A stretch of 48,727 nucleotides of DNA, filler included, from Porpidia crustulata (GCA_964255105.1; 2 parts of 2 records of this genome joined end to end with filler, not necessarily neighbours in it), one strand, 5' to 3'; counted from the whole stretch's first letter, positions 1 through 13,066 are shown. A program made the numbers and translations. Notes: generated by a model from the sequence alone, not told the origin.

Positions 1-3000
1 GGGGCCGGGCCGGGCGCGCGGGCTCAGGGATAGGGTGCTGGGCGTGTGGACGTGGGAGGTGCTGGCGGCGAGGAGCTTGTCGTCGCGCAGGGAGGTGGCT
101 TTTTCTTCGGTTTCGATGCGTTGCATGCCTCGGTCTGCTTCCGACTGTAGGCCCAAGAGACGGTTGGAACCGGTGAGAGCGCCGCCGCTGTCGCCGCTGC
201 TTTCGGAGGAAACGGTGGGAGGCGGCTTGTTAAGAGCCGTGACGGTATCACGGGTGGAGGCGGAGATTATTGGGGGGAGGTTGCAGTTGTGATCATGGCC
301 GGTCTCCCAAGACGCGCGGTTGGCATCGAGACGAGCCTTTCGCTTGGACTTGAGGCCCCATTTGATGAGCATGCTCTCAAGGATCTTGCCCTTGACGGGC
401 TTGGCGAGGTAGTCGTCCATCCCAGCATTGCGGCATTTTTCTTGATCACCTTGGATGGCGGAGGCGGTCATTGCTACTATAGGGACGGCGGACATGCCTT
501 CGATGGAGGAATAGGGGCTGTGGGTGCGGATAAGGTGGGTCGCACGGTACCCGTCGAGAACGGGCATTTGAACATCCATCAGGATGATATTCGGTTTTGG
601 CTTTCCTGGCGACGGGGCGGCTACGAGATAGTCCAAAGCTTCTCTACCATTCCAGACTGCGCTGACAGAGAAACCGTATTTCTTGATAGTCTTGAGAGCA
701 ATCTGCTGATTTATAGCACTGTATCCGGTCAGTCCATGCGATTCGTCTTCAAAATACAACTTACTTGTCTTCCACAACCAGCACATGGATTGCCTTGCGG
801 TCAACCTCATCCAAGGTCGTGCCATGATCAGCCTGTGAGCCCAAAGGCGGCGTTCGTACTTTGTGTGAGCCAGCACGATGTGGACGGTGCGCGAGGGCAG
901 AACCAGCAAGATCAAGAGGACTCTGAGGTGGTGTTGAGCTGCCACGATCATCCGACGCACAAGCTGATACCGACAACTCTGATCGTAGCCTTTCTGGTAT
1001 AGATCCAATGTCAACCAACGGGGACGTACCGCTCCTAAAGAGGGGCTTGTTGAATGGTATGGTGAATGTGGCTTTGGTTCCTGTTCCAAGGGCAGAATCA
1101 AGCGTGATCTTTCCATGCATCAAGTCAACCAACTAAAGTGGGTTAGCAATTGCCGTACCACCGTCTGGCGGAGGAATCTTACATTTTTGCAGATCGTGAG
1201 TCCAAGCCCAGTCCCGCCAAATCTCCGAGCCGTACTGGAATCGGCCTGGCTGAAGGGCTTGAAAAGGCGTTTCCGTACTTCCTCTTCAATACCAATTCCG
1301 GTATCCTCAACGGAGAATAATACCTCGATGTTCTCATCCGTTTCCTTTATAGTTTCAACGGCCAACCGAACGAAACCTTCGGAAGTGAATTTAATACTAT
1401 TGGTGAGTAGATTTGTCAAAATTTGCCGAACTCTACCCGGATCTCCCATGACAATCATATCCTCATCCATTCCTATCTGCACATCGCTTTCGAAGATAAG
1501 ATTCTTCCTTTCGGCTGCGAACGAAAGCATCTTACTGACGTCGTGGATGACTACAGATAAGCTGAATTGAACTTCTTCAATGTCTAACCTTCCAGACTCG
1601 ACCTTGGAAAGATCCAATATATCATTAATAACCGTCAAAAGACCATTTGCAGATCTCTGAATATTCTCTGCACACTCTCTTTGCTCAATATCAAGATTCG
1701 TGTCCATCAGAAGCTCGGACATGCCGATGACCCCTGCTATAGGCGTTCGAATCTCATGAGACATGTTTGCGAGAAATTGGCTTTTGAGCCTGCTAGCTTC
1801 TTTCGCGGCTGTCTCGGCGGACAATAATCTGGTATTTTCTTTTTCTTGCAATTGCAATTTGGCTTCCCGGGCTTTGAGCTCAGTGACATCCATACTGACT
1901 CCAATAACCCCGTCTACGTAACTTTCGTCTTCGGTGCCACCATGACCTTTTTTGCCCAGTATTGGAACGAAGCGTGTGCGAAACCACCTTCCATTGCCAT
2001 CGATATGGTGTTCATGGACCATTTCTCTAGCTTGGCCGTCTAGAATGCCATTGATAGGGTCTATGTACATTGGGAGATCGATCTCGCCCTTATGTCTTCC
2101 AAATACGTCAGCGATAGGCTTACCCACACTTTCTTGAGAGATGTCCTCCTCTTCATTGTCCCACATGAGTTTTCCTTCGAGAAAGGTCAAGAGGCGATTT
2201 GAGTCGACTGCCCAAACCGTAACATGTGCATGCTTGATAACGTTCAGCAACTGTTCCCGCGTACGCTTTGCTGCCAGTCGTGCTTCAACAAGGTCATGAA
2301 TGTCGGTGCACGTCCCAAACCACTTTACAATCTTGCTGGTCTTGTGGTCCCTTAAGGGTAGAGCGCGCCCTAACATCCATCGCCATGCACCATCATGTCT
2401 TTGACAACGATACTCGACGGAGTATTCGTCACCGGTTGCTAATGAGTGACTCCAGTGCTTATAGGCGTTGGTCATGTCGTCCGGATGGAATGGATTCTGC
2501 CAGCCGAGACCTATAGACTGTTGCCGGGATAGACCGGTGTAATCGTACCATCGGCGCGAGAACCAGTCGTGTAGTCCTTCCGGAGTGGTGGTCCAAAGCA
2601 TTTGAGGCATTGTGTCACAGATAAGCTGGAATTGCTGATCGTTTTCTTCATTTTGAGTCTTGATAATGTCTGTATATTCTGTCACGTCTTGCAATGTGAC
2701 AATTCCGAATAGGAATTCTCCAGTTTTATCATCAAAAATGCCTTCGCCGGTGACATCATAGTGTCTGCGTTTCGAGTCCGAGTCAATCAGGCCAATCTTA
2801 CTCTTGATAAAGGGTGCTTCGGTTCTACAAAGCCTGATGATAGGCTGCTCTTCAATTGCGAGCTCTCGTTGGAAGTCTTCTGTATAGACCTTGTATCGTG
2901 GGAGTGAATCATAAGTGTCCTCGGGTATTGCATCTCCCATCTGCTGCATGAGTTTCGAAGCTGCTTTATTTGGGATCGCCAAGCTCTCATCCTTCCACAT

Positions 3001-4182
3001 GGCAAGGACTGGTATCTCCATAGCATTCATTATAGCGTCCTTCATTCGGCTTGTCTTTTGCAGCACAGAAGGGGAAAGCGCCACATTTGACTTGCCGGGC
3101 GCTCCGAGTGGTGGAAAAGGTGATAGGGAAAGGGGAATTCCCGCTGGCGTGGTAAGGGTGCGGCCATGGGACGAGCCGCAGTTTGAGCAGAAGCCAGGAC
3201 TAGTGGGTGATGATGGGCTAGAGATGGACAAGGGAGATAGTGCACCTTGTGTTGAAGATCTAGAGATGGCTCTTGGATGGTGCGGCCGCGTCGAAGATGT
3301 GGTAATAGTGGATGTGCTGGTGAAAGATAGCGTATAATATCTCTCATTTTCCATTGTCCATATTGATATAATCATCTTAGCGTCCGTTTGAGTATCGGAG
3401 CTGGAAGACATAGAGCTTTGTGAGGAAGAACGACCGCCAGCGCCAATGTACTGAGAATTGAGAACTACATTGACAACAGCATCGTGTACCAGTGCGCGGC
3501 CCCTTATTTTGCTCGAGGGATGCTTCATTTTTGTAGGGAATTTTGGAGCGGGGTTAGGGTTTGAGAATTCTCCCGAGTTTTTGTTCCGTTCGCCATCCCC
3601 ATCCTCATGATTTCTATGCTCAAAGTGATCCTTGGATGAAGGTGCGTTCGTATCCATTTCGTCGGCGAGCTCATCAAGAAATTGCTCCCAATTCACGAGA
3701 ATCGGCTGCCCATCCTGAACCATGTCCACGCCGACCTGCGTAAGTGATTGGCCTAAAAGTATATCCGTCACCGGGACTAGACCCTCGTTCCCCTCGCTGG
3801 AGAGATAATTGTTTCCTTCGGGGGAAGCTATGCCTAACAGCCTCCCCATAGCCCCGTTCGCCAACATTACCGTCTTCGTGGTAGATAAGACGATCAAAGG
3901 GGTTGGGAGATGTTGCAGGGCCGAGAATGCCGCGTCAGCTGCGCTGGGTATCTTCGGGATATCGACCGAGAGGGATGAACTGTATGGGTGAGGTTTGGGA
4001 CGCAGCGATATTTCCGGTATGGGGGTTTCAGGCGAGACATTGCCGCGCGTTGGAGGCCGCTGGGATCGATTTGAAAAATGGGCGGAGAGAGATTTCTTCA
4101 GCGACGGAAATTCCTCAAGATTATTCGGGCCCAAAGTCGGAGTCTCGAGGCCATTGCGTAGGGTAGGGGGCAGAGATTTCAT
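1..4182 (-). CDS. Hybrid sensor histidine kinase (PAS/PAC-HisKA-HATPase_c-receiver), probably fungal group V/HHK2-like; 3' end runs off the window
   Basis: PAS/PAC segments (MPQMLWTTTPEG...WQNPFHPDD...EYRCQRHDGAWRW), H-box FLANMSHEIRTP, N-box NLLTNSIKFT, G-boxes DTGIGI and GGTGLGL. Introns 1182-1133 and 764-719. Exon 3 (718 to <1) encodes the receiver (VEDNAINQ...ILMDVQMPVLDG...AMTASA...DDYLAKP) and stays open to position 1. The group assignment is tentative. Confidence 0.95.
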
Positions 4183-5340
4183 GCTATATCCTAACCGTGC
4201 ACTGGGCCCTTGAGATTACCGTATCTTTCTCGTGCCTGGCACCAGAGCCAGACAAATAATTCTTCCGGTTGCAGCAAGGGGCTAGCCGTAATGGAGTCGA
4301 GAGGACCGACTGCAACGAAGAGTCCCCTCCAATCGCACAACCCAAAGGAAGCGGTACACAACAGGTGAAGGGTGAGTTTTCCGGTACGATTGGGGAGTAA
4401 CGACTGGCAGTGACCTGTTCTTGATAATGGCGGTCAAATGTGGGGAGAAGGTTTGAAGAATCTGTGGGTCGGAAGCGTGAAGGTGAGCAGCGGGGCAGAA
4501 CTCATATGAGCAAGGATATTCCTCCCAAGCGTAATACTTCCCAAAGAAGTAGAGAACACACTATTTCACACCAAATCCAATGCTTCAACTTCTTGAGAAT
4601 AGTGGTTCAGGAGTGACATTTCGAATGGCAACGGAGTTTCAAATCCCAAGCAAGCCCGTTCTGTAGTAAGGAAAGCCCAGACCGTCGCACAGCTTTGGTG
4701 GCCGCTAGCGCAGCCTTTGAGCCCAATTTTCGCCGGGTCCAGCCACCAAATTCCTTAGACTTAACCAAAAATGGTTTAGATCCAAAGACCCTGTAAGTGC
4801 CTGAGTACCTTACTCAATCGATTAGGGTACCCAAGCCTACCTATGTATCCTAATGAACATTGTAACAAGGGCAATGACCCGACATTTGAGCCATATCGTC
4901 CAAGATATCAAGTCTCATCGTTTATCTCATATCTCCATTGATTGTGATGGCACATCGAGAGAGGATACCGAGTCCTCAACAAACCCTCTTTTCGTCAGAT
5001 GTCGAAACTCAAGTACGGCAGGTAACGTGCCTGCTGGCACTGGTCAAATGCTCCAGTGGTCTCGTCCTGGTACGTTCGCCCTCCATTGACCCTCTCCCAT
5101 TCATCCCTCCAAAGGAAAATTGGATTGGGTATACGTAGAAAGTAGACCAAACCGCTGCTACCCAAGACCGCCGACGACGCCATCTCAAGACATACCATAC
5201 ACCGACCCAATGCCGTACCAAGCCGAAATAAGCATGCATCAACGTGACCTCCATTCCAACCTCAATTGGTCAAGATGGGAATCTCTAATTTCGCTCTTTT
5301 CCAATGTACAGATCCTTCACCACCCATCGCCATTCACAGC

Positions 5341-6816
5341 TTAAATGATCCCTGCTAACCGTCGGTGCGGCTCAAATACTTCGAGATAGTGCTCCTCTGC
5401 CCTCTCGCAAACCCTGGTCCTTCCCACCCAATCCTTCAGTGTTTGATCCAACTCACACCCTATATCCCTCAGAATGTCCCACACCTCCCTCTCAAGATCC
5501 ACACCGAAAATCTTCTCCTGACTCTCTTTTGGACCCCACAGCCTCAGAGGCTTCTTTGTCTTCTCGGAGATCAAATCTTCATCGTCGAGTAAACGGCCGA
5601 GATTCATTTTCGGGACGTTGGCGTGCAGAAAGAAGGGGCGGACGGGGATGCTGGAGTCATTAGCCGCTGAGGCGAGGGCATCGTCACCGGCGTGAAATTG
5701 CACAATGGCACCACCTTTGAACTCGCCGTCCTCAGTATGGTAGCCCACAGTGCCGACGTGTTTCTTGACGCGGTAGTACGGTAGGCTGAGCACAACGGCA
5801 GCAGCCAAGAAGGTCTCCTTGTCACCTTCGCCAACGGCGCCTTGACTGAGCATGGGGTAGTAGTAGCCGGGGCCGTAGATGTTATAGTAGGCTGCGAGGA
5901 TTAGAGTGGGGAGGTGGGCTCTTTTTGAGATAAGGAGTTGGCCGGACTCGGACGCGCGAGCGGGCATATTTTGGGGAAAGCCGGGGAGACCGGCGATCAT
6001 GTAGAATACAGGATCCTCGGTGGCGATCCAGTAGTCTGGCCAGGAGATAAAGCCAGTCAACGTGAATGGTTCGGTGGAGAGGAGTTCTGTTGGGTCGCGT
6101 AGGGGCATGCAGTCGCTGTCGAGGAGAACGGTGGTTTCAAACGAGGAGAAGAGAACGGCAAGGACCTTGAGTTGATAGTGACTGACTTTGAGCGGAGATT
6201 TATGGGGGAGAAAAGACTCGAGGATGAAGCATTCGGCGCCAAGGGCGGGGAGGATATGTTCGCAAATGTCAGGTTCGTATTCCGTGCGGGATTGAAGGAA
6301 AACTTGGGCAGGCAGACGAGAGCCGGTTCGGCGGAGCATACGGAGGGTGAGTATTGCAGGGGCAAAATAATGTCCTCCCGCCACGATAATCACCCCGGTT
6401 CCAGCATAGATGGTGGACGTCAGATTTTGGAAGCTGTCCGTTGATCTGCGGATGTGCTGTAAGAGGCCCTTGTGTTTGTCATGGAGATTATCGACGTCTT
6501 CTTGGGTCAGCCCCAGTATGCTTTTACTCGGTGTCCGCTCTCCGTCTGCCTTGTCCGACCCATCAGTCGACGCCCTGTACTGGAGCTCTATAGGGTCTAT
6601 GGTTGGTTTGGCTTCCTCGAATTTGTGAGCCCAGTCTGCCCAGAACGATACAATGGCTTTTGGAGGAACACTAGGACCATGTTTGGTGGATAGGAGGATC
6701 GACGGCTTGTATGGACTGTATGACTTCTCCCAGGTATTGAGAAGCGCAAGCAAGGAAATAATCCCGATCGTCCCAACAGTAACCTGGAGTAATCTATGAG
6801 AAGGTCGGATGAACAT
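5341..6816 (-). CDS. Alpha-1,2-mannosyltransferase, MNN2-like (GT71), type II membrane protein
   Basis: Intronless ORF, likely ATG at 6816 (MFIRPSH). It has an N-terminal hydrophobic anchor and the motifs GVIIVAGG, YQLKVLAVLFSSFE, LLDSD (DxD), WPDYW, ESGQLL, GEGDKETF and FLHAN. Confidence 0.9.
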   Translation of the reverse strand: MFIRPSHRLLQVTVGTIGIISLLALLNTWEKSYSPYKPSILLSTKHGPSVPPKAIVSFWADWAHKFEEAKPTIDPIELQYRASTDGSDKADGERTPSKSILGLTQEDVDNLHDKHKGLLQHIRRSTDSFQNLTSTIYAGTGVIIVAGGHYFAPAILTLRMLRRTGSRLPAQVFLQSRTEYEPDICEHILPALGAECFILESFLPHKSPLKVSHYQLKVLAVLFSSFETTVLLDSDCMPLRDPTELLSTEPFTLTGFISWPDYWIATEDPVFYMIAGLPGFPQNMPARASESGQLLISKRAHLPTLILAAYYNIYGPGYYYPMLSQGAVGEGDKETFLAAAVVLSLPYYRVKKHVGTVGYHTEDGEFKGGAIVQFHAGDDALASAANDSSIPVRPFFLHANVPKMNLGRLLDDEDLISEKTKKPLRLWGPKESQEKIFGVDLEREVWDILRDIGCELDQTLKDWVGRTRVCERAEEHYLEVFEPHRRLAGII

Positions 6817-7585
6817 GACGAAGTATATTACAGCCGGGATCCGGGATTGAACGAGGATTGCAGATAAGGACAGTACATAAAAAGCTATTAAATGCAATTA
6901 GAGAATGCTATATTAGAGTGAATAGTAGGATGAAAGTAAAGGCCGTTAAAACTGGATCACGGATATCTTGAAAGCAATTCTATGATGCGTGGGGGCTTCT
7001 GCTCTACTTGTTCAACTTCAACAAGATTGCGGGCCACCTTAGGCCATTACGGAGAGCATGTTCGACCAATTGCGCGCGTTTGAGATTAGCCGAATAGCCC
7101 CGTGCCCCTCACCCTGAAACTCGCCCCTGCCAAGCTTTGTGGCCCCTTTCCTACACGTGTTATCTTCTCTTTTCTGCACCACAGCAGCTAAGACTCTAGC
7201 AATAGAAAAAGGATTAAAGCAGTGAGGTGCGGAATCAGTGATCACATAAAGCAGATATCTCAGGATATAAAAGGTTTAATTATCATGCTCTACTCATATG
7301 CAACAACATATGCTGCTTGAGTTTATTTACAATCAGGCATCCTTCGTCTTCATGATATAGCATACTCAAGAAAAACGAAATTCCACGCCTGCTGTATGAA
7401 GTGGTTTCTATCCTGAAGCAACTCTGGCAAAGTAGCGCAAACGCGAGAAAATATCCTCATCATCCGTGCGATAAGCGGCAGGTCTGCACCTATTTCCGGT
7501 GATAGGGAAGATTTCGACGGCGTGGGAGCATCGTCATCTGTGCGTCTTTTGCGCTGCTAAAGCTATGTCAGCACTGAAAGCCTTT

Positions 7586-8400
7586 TAACTGTCTGTCAGC
7601 ACAAAGCACGTATCGAGAATGAACACTTCTCTCCGCGCCGTCAACTTGAACCCACTGAGGCCCAGACTCTTTTCAATAGCCTTGTAAATCCGACACTCCT
7701 GACCGGCTTGCTTTCATCGCTTGCACGGCTCTTTAGCTGCCTGGCCCATTTCTCCTTCAATCATGGCAACATAAACGCCCTTTCTTGCCTTTGATCCGTT
7801 CTGCGAGCTGGCACCTGTCATAATACTGGGGATTATCATCGGCTTTATGCGTTCAACCGGCTCGAAAGCCGCGGATGCGTTGCGTTTGGTGGCGGAAAAT
7901 CGATCATCTTGGGATTCGGCGACGCCATAAACCGAGTAATTGTCTCGTTGGACTTGAATTGCGGGTAGTCACATTGAGAACAACAACCACCCAACCGTAG
8001 TCTCGGCGGAGAAGGCGAGGGAAGCAAGTTAGAATTACTGGAACGGCTGTATATCCCTTCATCGTACGGCTACTGGGGATGGTATCAGTTCTGTGAGTAA
8101 GTCATCTCAGATCATTTTGTAGACCCGTTCAAGCAATCTTGACGCGAGGTCCGATGAATCATCTCGCTGTTTGATGTCCAGATCTCCGGTAGGTAGGGAA
8201 CCAACAGTGCAGGAGCAGATCAAATTGGAATGTCATGTGCCTGGCAAGGATTTTGCTGTTTGCATGCCTGCAATGCTCGCAAAGTAAAGGTACAAACTAG
8301 AGAAAGGATCCGTCATGACAAAGACAAAATGTCAGCATAAAGGATGAGGTTTGTCGGAACGTAAAGAATCTACTGCGGTGGGGTGGTATCGTACAGAATA
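7586..8400 (-). pseudogene. Possible decayed gene for a Cys-cluster (Zn-binding-like) protein
   Basis: A minus-strand frame reads ...YVAMIEGEMGQAAKEPCKR*KQAGQECRIYK..., with TGA (7716-7714) where CxxC would place a Cys. Upstream there is an intron-like segment (gctgac...tag near 8340-8297) followed by a CEHC motif. Confidence 0.3.
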
Positions 8401-10094
8401 GTTCACACATTGAAAGGTTGTGCAGATCTTCACATCCCATATCTCGCTTTCGCAGCGGCTGGCTAGCTAGCATGTGTTTCGACCAGGAATTCTGTCTGGA
8501 CGACATTAATGGGGGCAACAAGGGTGGCGCCACGCCCCAAACGAAAAGTCTGAGCCTGTCAGCCCATAAAATCCACTCGGTCATAGATATTAACACAAAC
8601 ATCTAACAATGCCCCGCCGAATGGAACTTTGGTACAAAATTATGCATAAGAAGACGGTGTCGATACAGGAATGATAGGCGGACATCTCACGATTAGCTTT
8701 TGAGAGTCTTGAAATAAGGCGTGCCTAAAAGATGACAATCAGTATAGAATGTTGGATGGGAATAGCGGCAATAGAAGAAAATTGTGAGGAACCCTGAAAG
8801 TTTCATACTGATGCTGAAACAGAATGTGGAATTGTAGAAGTTGAACCACTAGCGAAAAACAGATTTCGCCGATGATGAGAAGACGAAGAAAAGCCTATCC
8901 TATGACGAAGCAATCACCGTTCTTGCTATGTCAGGAGGTTCTGCAATCAAATGCGCGCCCAAGGTCCGTCACGAAAAAAAGTATAAAGGGAAGTTCTCCG
9001 TTTAAAAAGAGCAAGGAGGCAGGACCTCTGAATTCCATCGTGTAAGTCCTCTGTACATTGATCAAAAAGGCGGCCGCAGAATTCTCCTCGGCGGCGATGT
9101 TACCCTGTAGTCTACATAAGTATTAGACGAGATGTCATTCCTCCAAATTAACCTCCAGATCTGCCGTTGAAGACTGCCCAGATACTTAGGCTGAATATTT
9201 TTTATTTATCTCCGTCTTATCTGCTTGCGTCCTATCACTCGAGTGTTAGTAGTATAGTGGTATAGCCATAAGGAGCACGTACCGTAACTTTCGTGTGATA
9301 TAATGATACACGGGGGTTGGGGGAAAAAGTTATGGGAGAAACATTAATCACATCGTCTTGAAACGCTCTGATACATATGATTTGAAAGACAACGGACCTT
9401 CTGCACCATCAAAATGAACAGGAGTGAAAGCAGATTACTTTGCAGAAGATCAACGAAGGTATATTGAGTAGCTGCAAGACAAACTAGACGTCAAAGAGAT
9501 CAAAAAAGGAATAATCAATTAAAACCATCGTAGAACAGTGCTAGAAGTTAAATAGATATTCTACTTAGTTTTAGAAAACAAGATAGTAGAAAATTAACTG
9601 TTCTCTCCATGAATTATTAGGGGTTTGATGGAGATCGCTTAATTTGATGTCCCACGACTTTTCCCCTCGACTTTCGATCAATTAGATATTGTAACCGCAT
9701 CTTATCTTATCAGCACCACGTTTTGAAGACGCCATACTAACTCCTTCGTTTGCGATGGCTTCTACTACATAGTACGTGAGAATCACGCAGTGGGGACCTT
9801 TGATTGGTATCTATATCAACACGACCCTGTCTTCTCCTGCATGCCCAGACCAACCACGCGCTGGGGGCTAGGCAGCAGCGCGGGAGAAAGAAGCGCCGGC
9901 GAAGGCGTTCAGACTTCTTTCGTCTCATGATCCATGACCTTCTGCTTCCCTGACACTTTGTGGTGGTTTTAGGTTTACAAGAGGGGCACTAATCCGTTGG
10001 GTGGTTACTCTCTCGGCTGCCATTACTGAATCTCCGCGCCAGAAGACTCCCTCGCCATTCAAAGGAGCCATCATTTCTCATCTCACTCTCACTC

Positions 10095-11605
10095 ATGCAG
10101 CTTCGATCTGGTCTCCTGCTCCCCTCGCGCCACCGATACCCTGCCGCTAGTTCGAAAACGCAAACGTTCATTTCAAACCTCTCCGCCGAAGCGGAGAAAG
10201 TCGACGAAGAATCAGGAGCGCAACGGGAACGGTCAGTTCTTAAATACCATCTTACTTGATTTCATATACTCACACAACCAGCAGAAGGTGTATCGCCGCA
10301 ATAGAAGCCAAGCGTCTACTGCTCTTTGGAATCCGCCGAACCACAATTAAGGTCATCACCGCGCCGCGCGACTCGAAGCAACGAGCATCCCATCAGCTTT
10401 CTTCCACAAGACTGGAAGTGTAGGATCATCGCTGGGGATTCTCATTCCGAGCGCGCCCCTTTGACTGAGAGGAACCTAAGGATTCATTCTCGACCAAAAA
10501 TGCCACGACGCAGAAAAGACCCGTCGACCACATCGTTCACAAGCATCACTACTACTACCTCTACCACTACAGACAAAGGCCTTGGAATTCAGCTGAACAA
10601 GAATCGCATCATCTACGGTCGTCTCAACACAAAGAAACCCGAAAATATTATTACGGTCAAAGATTATTTGAACACGGCACGAGAGTCAAATTCTCCTGAA
10701 GAGAAAGACTATGATCGATACATCGAACAAGTCGAGTATTGTGATAATGAGCTCTCGATGCAATCGAACGTCTGGCCTTTACTTGCTAAGCACCCGATAC
10801 GCCAGGCTACACAGCAAATTACAATTTCCAGTGGACTGAGGTCGAGAGCCCCCTCACGTTTGGGCTTAGCGATGCCAAGCCAGACATTTCAGAAAGTTAC
10901 CACAGGGACCAGTACCCACCGGACGCCTGTGAAGCACTTGGTGGCGCACTTGCGCCGACTCAATATAACGGGACCATGCCAACTTTCTGTGTTGAATGGA
11001 AAGGTCCGGATGGCATAATGCCTTCAGCAGAGAAGCAATGTGCCTATGACGGGGCACTAATGGTAGATGCCGCATACGATGCCCATAAGTACATGAACAA
11101 AGACCCGATTGAGTTTTTGAACAAAACACAAGCTCTAACTGTGGCGCTTAACGGCGAGTATGTCCATTTCTATGGCAACCATGTGGTAGAGAAGAGCTCA
11201 AGTCTGGAATACCATCAGTATCCATCACAGATCCATAAGCCAAGGGATTCGTTGAAGGACTTCAAGGAGACACACAGGTCAGTTCGAAACGCCCAAGACT
11301 GGTCCCGAAAGCGCGCAACACGAACCAAGGATGACTTGCACGCGTATGCACAAGCCAAGGAGGTCGTTCCCACCATCTTGCCCCGGCCAATCGATGAACC
11401 TGAGGTCACCGGGACGAAATGGCTTTGGAGTGCAGAACACGGCAGACACTACTGTATCCTCTCCGATGGATCCTTCCAATGGTCTGCATCGGCGCCGCCT
11501 GCTCCGGCCGTCACTCCACCATCTACGACCACATCTTCTGGTCCGAATTTGGGAGAAGCGAGACGACGGGGCAGGCCAAGGAAGAAAAGAAACGGTCCTA
11601 ACTGA
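10095..11605 (+). pseudogene. Disrupted gene for a fungal PD-(D/E)XK-like (DUF7924-like) protein with a C-terminal AT-hook
   Basis: Reconstruction: ATG 10095 (MQLRSG), frameshift at C-run 10121-10124, basic segment RKRKR...PPKRRK, intron 10232-10281, in-frame TAG 10302-10304, second frameshift at C-run 10793-10795. It then reads GLSDAKPDISESY...PTFCVEWKGPDG...AEKQCAYDGALM and ends RRRGRPRKK. Confidence 0.65.
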
Positions 11606-11992
11606 CAGTAATTGGCTATTCCGCGTCCTCTGAGGAATGGGAGCTCGACAACTAAGAAGCGTGCTCGCCTGAGAGCTGAGACTTCTCACGCTTCTCCCAG
11701 CGAAGTGTGTCAAAGACCCAAAAAGCCATGAAGGCGTTTCAGCCTCTCTGGTCAAGGGGAGCTCGCCGCGCAGCGTCGAGAAGGTCTGCTGGCTTGTGAT
11801 GTCGCGTCGTAGTTGCGGGGTTGCGTTGATTGTTATGCGAGTAAAGCAGAGCTTGTCGAAGCTAGTTCCAAAGGCCGCGAAAATTTCGCATTGCGAATAC
11901 AGGCACATAGCCATTCCAGACCATGAGTGCTACGCATGTGGGGAGAAGAATAGTGCTACAATGCTATCATCGTATTGCCGAGCTATTCCTCA

Positions 11993-13066
11993 CTAAGCGA
12001 ATCCAAGACTCTCGGGTCTTCTCGACACCCTTCCACTCTTCGTCTGAGATTCTCTTAGAGACCGTTGCCTGTCCTCCTGCTTCATTTGCCGTGCCCTTTT
12101 TGCTGGATTCCGCTGCCTTCTTTTGTGGGCCATACTCGATGTGAGAAATTCTGCGTTGATCTTTGTAGGGAGCTTGCTCTTAGGTGCCCTCGTATTTCTG
12201 CTAGTAGCATGCTGTGCACTGTCGGGATGTAAAGCAATACTTGCTTTGTGAAGCTGAACTTGTCGGCCAGGTGAGTTCGGCTGGTTGATGAGGTTGCCGA
12301 GTTGGTCAAGCTGATGTGTTGGTAAAATTGTTGTGGAGGTGAAGTTCGAATCTTGCTGCTTATATTGTCGCACTTCTAAGAGCCTCCTAGCTTTTCGCCC
12401 AAAAATTTGGCTTCATGTTGTTTTCTTGGTATCCGGCGTCGTAGGCTTCGATCGTTGGGTGGCTGTTTCGATATCCTCGAAGAAACTGGCCTGAGAACTG
12501 AGCGAGCCTTTGACTTCTCCTCTAGGAGCCTAGGAGTAGTTGCTTTGCGAGCAGCATTGGCCCGATACTCACTACCTGTACTATCATATATGGACGTCGA
12601 TTTCTTGTTGTCTGTCCCTTGACCTGTCTTACCATCTGCGTCCTCATCAAGGGGTAATGTCGGCGAACGTATACGTATTGATGGTGCAGGAGCGTGTGAT
12701 TTTCTAGGGTAGGAAGCGTCAGCGTATGAAAGTGACATGAATGGGGCATACATACTCAAGTGCAGACTCAAGTGCAGAACTGAGTGCAGCGGTATCCAAA
12801 TCGGTCGACTTCTCGGAATGTCTGACTGACGCGTTAGGTAAGAAGTAACAGTCTCTGGAGAACGTCTCGGTGGCGTACTGTATCTTGGCACATACGAAGC
12901 TTAGGTCCTCTCTCAAATAATCTTGAATACCTGGAATTTTGATGATTCTTCGTAGCAGAATAGTGTCAGCATGGTCAACCACGAGTGACGATCGTTTCGC
13001 TGGAGTAGGCTGCGTACGTATGAGAATCAAAAACCTGGTAGGTGCGACGAGCAGCAAGCTTCTCAA
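11993..13066 (-). pseudogene. Frameshifted low-complexity basic protein remnant ending TKSGRVSRRPESLGFA
   Basis: Consecutive minus-strand ORFs in different frames (13066-12719, 12891-12376, 12373-11993). They are Ser/Arg/Lys-rich, with RSVLRPVSSRISK and a C-terminal T(R/K)SGRVSRRP-type motif. Confidence 0.4.
12754..12789. repeat. 12-bp tandem repeat (ACTCAAGTGCAG x2 plus one degenerate copy)
   Basis: actcaagtgcag actcaagtgcag aactgagtgcag, read directly. Confidence 0.85.

Noticed and set aside
289..1570. Plus-strand ORFs of 237 aa and 151 aa
   Set aside because: They are antisense shadows of the histidine kinase exons.
7714..7716. In-frame TGA at a Cys position as selenocysteine
   Set aside because: Dikarya lack the Sec machinery, no SECIS is evident, and the surrounding region is decayed. 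A nonsense mutation is simpler.
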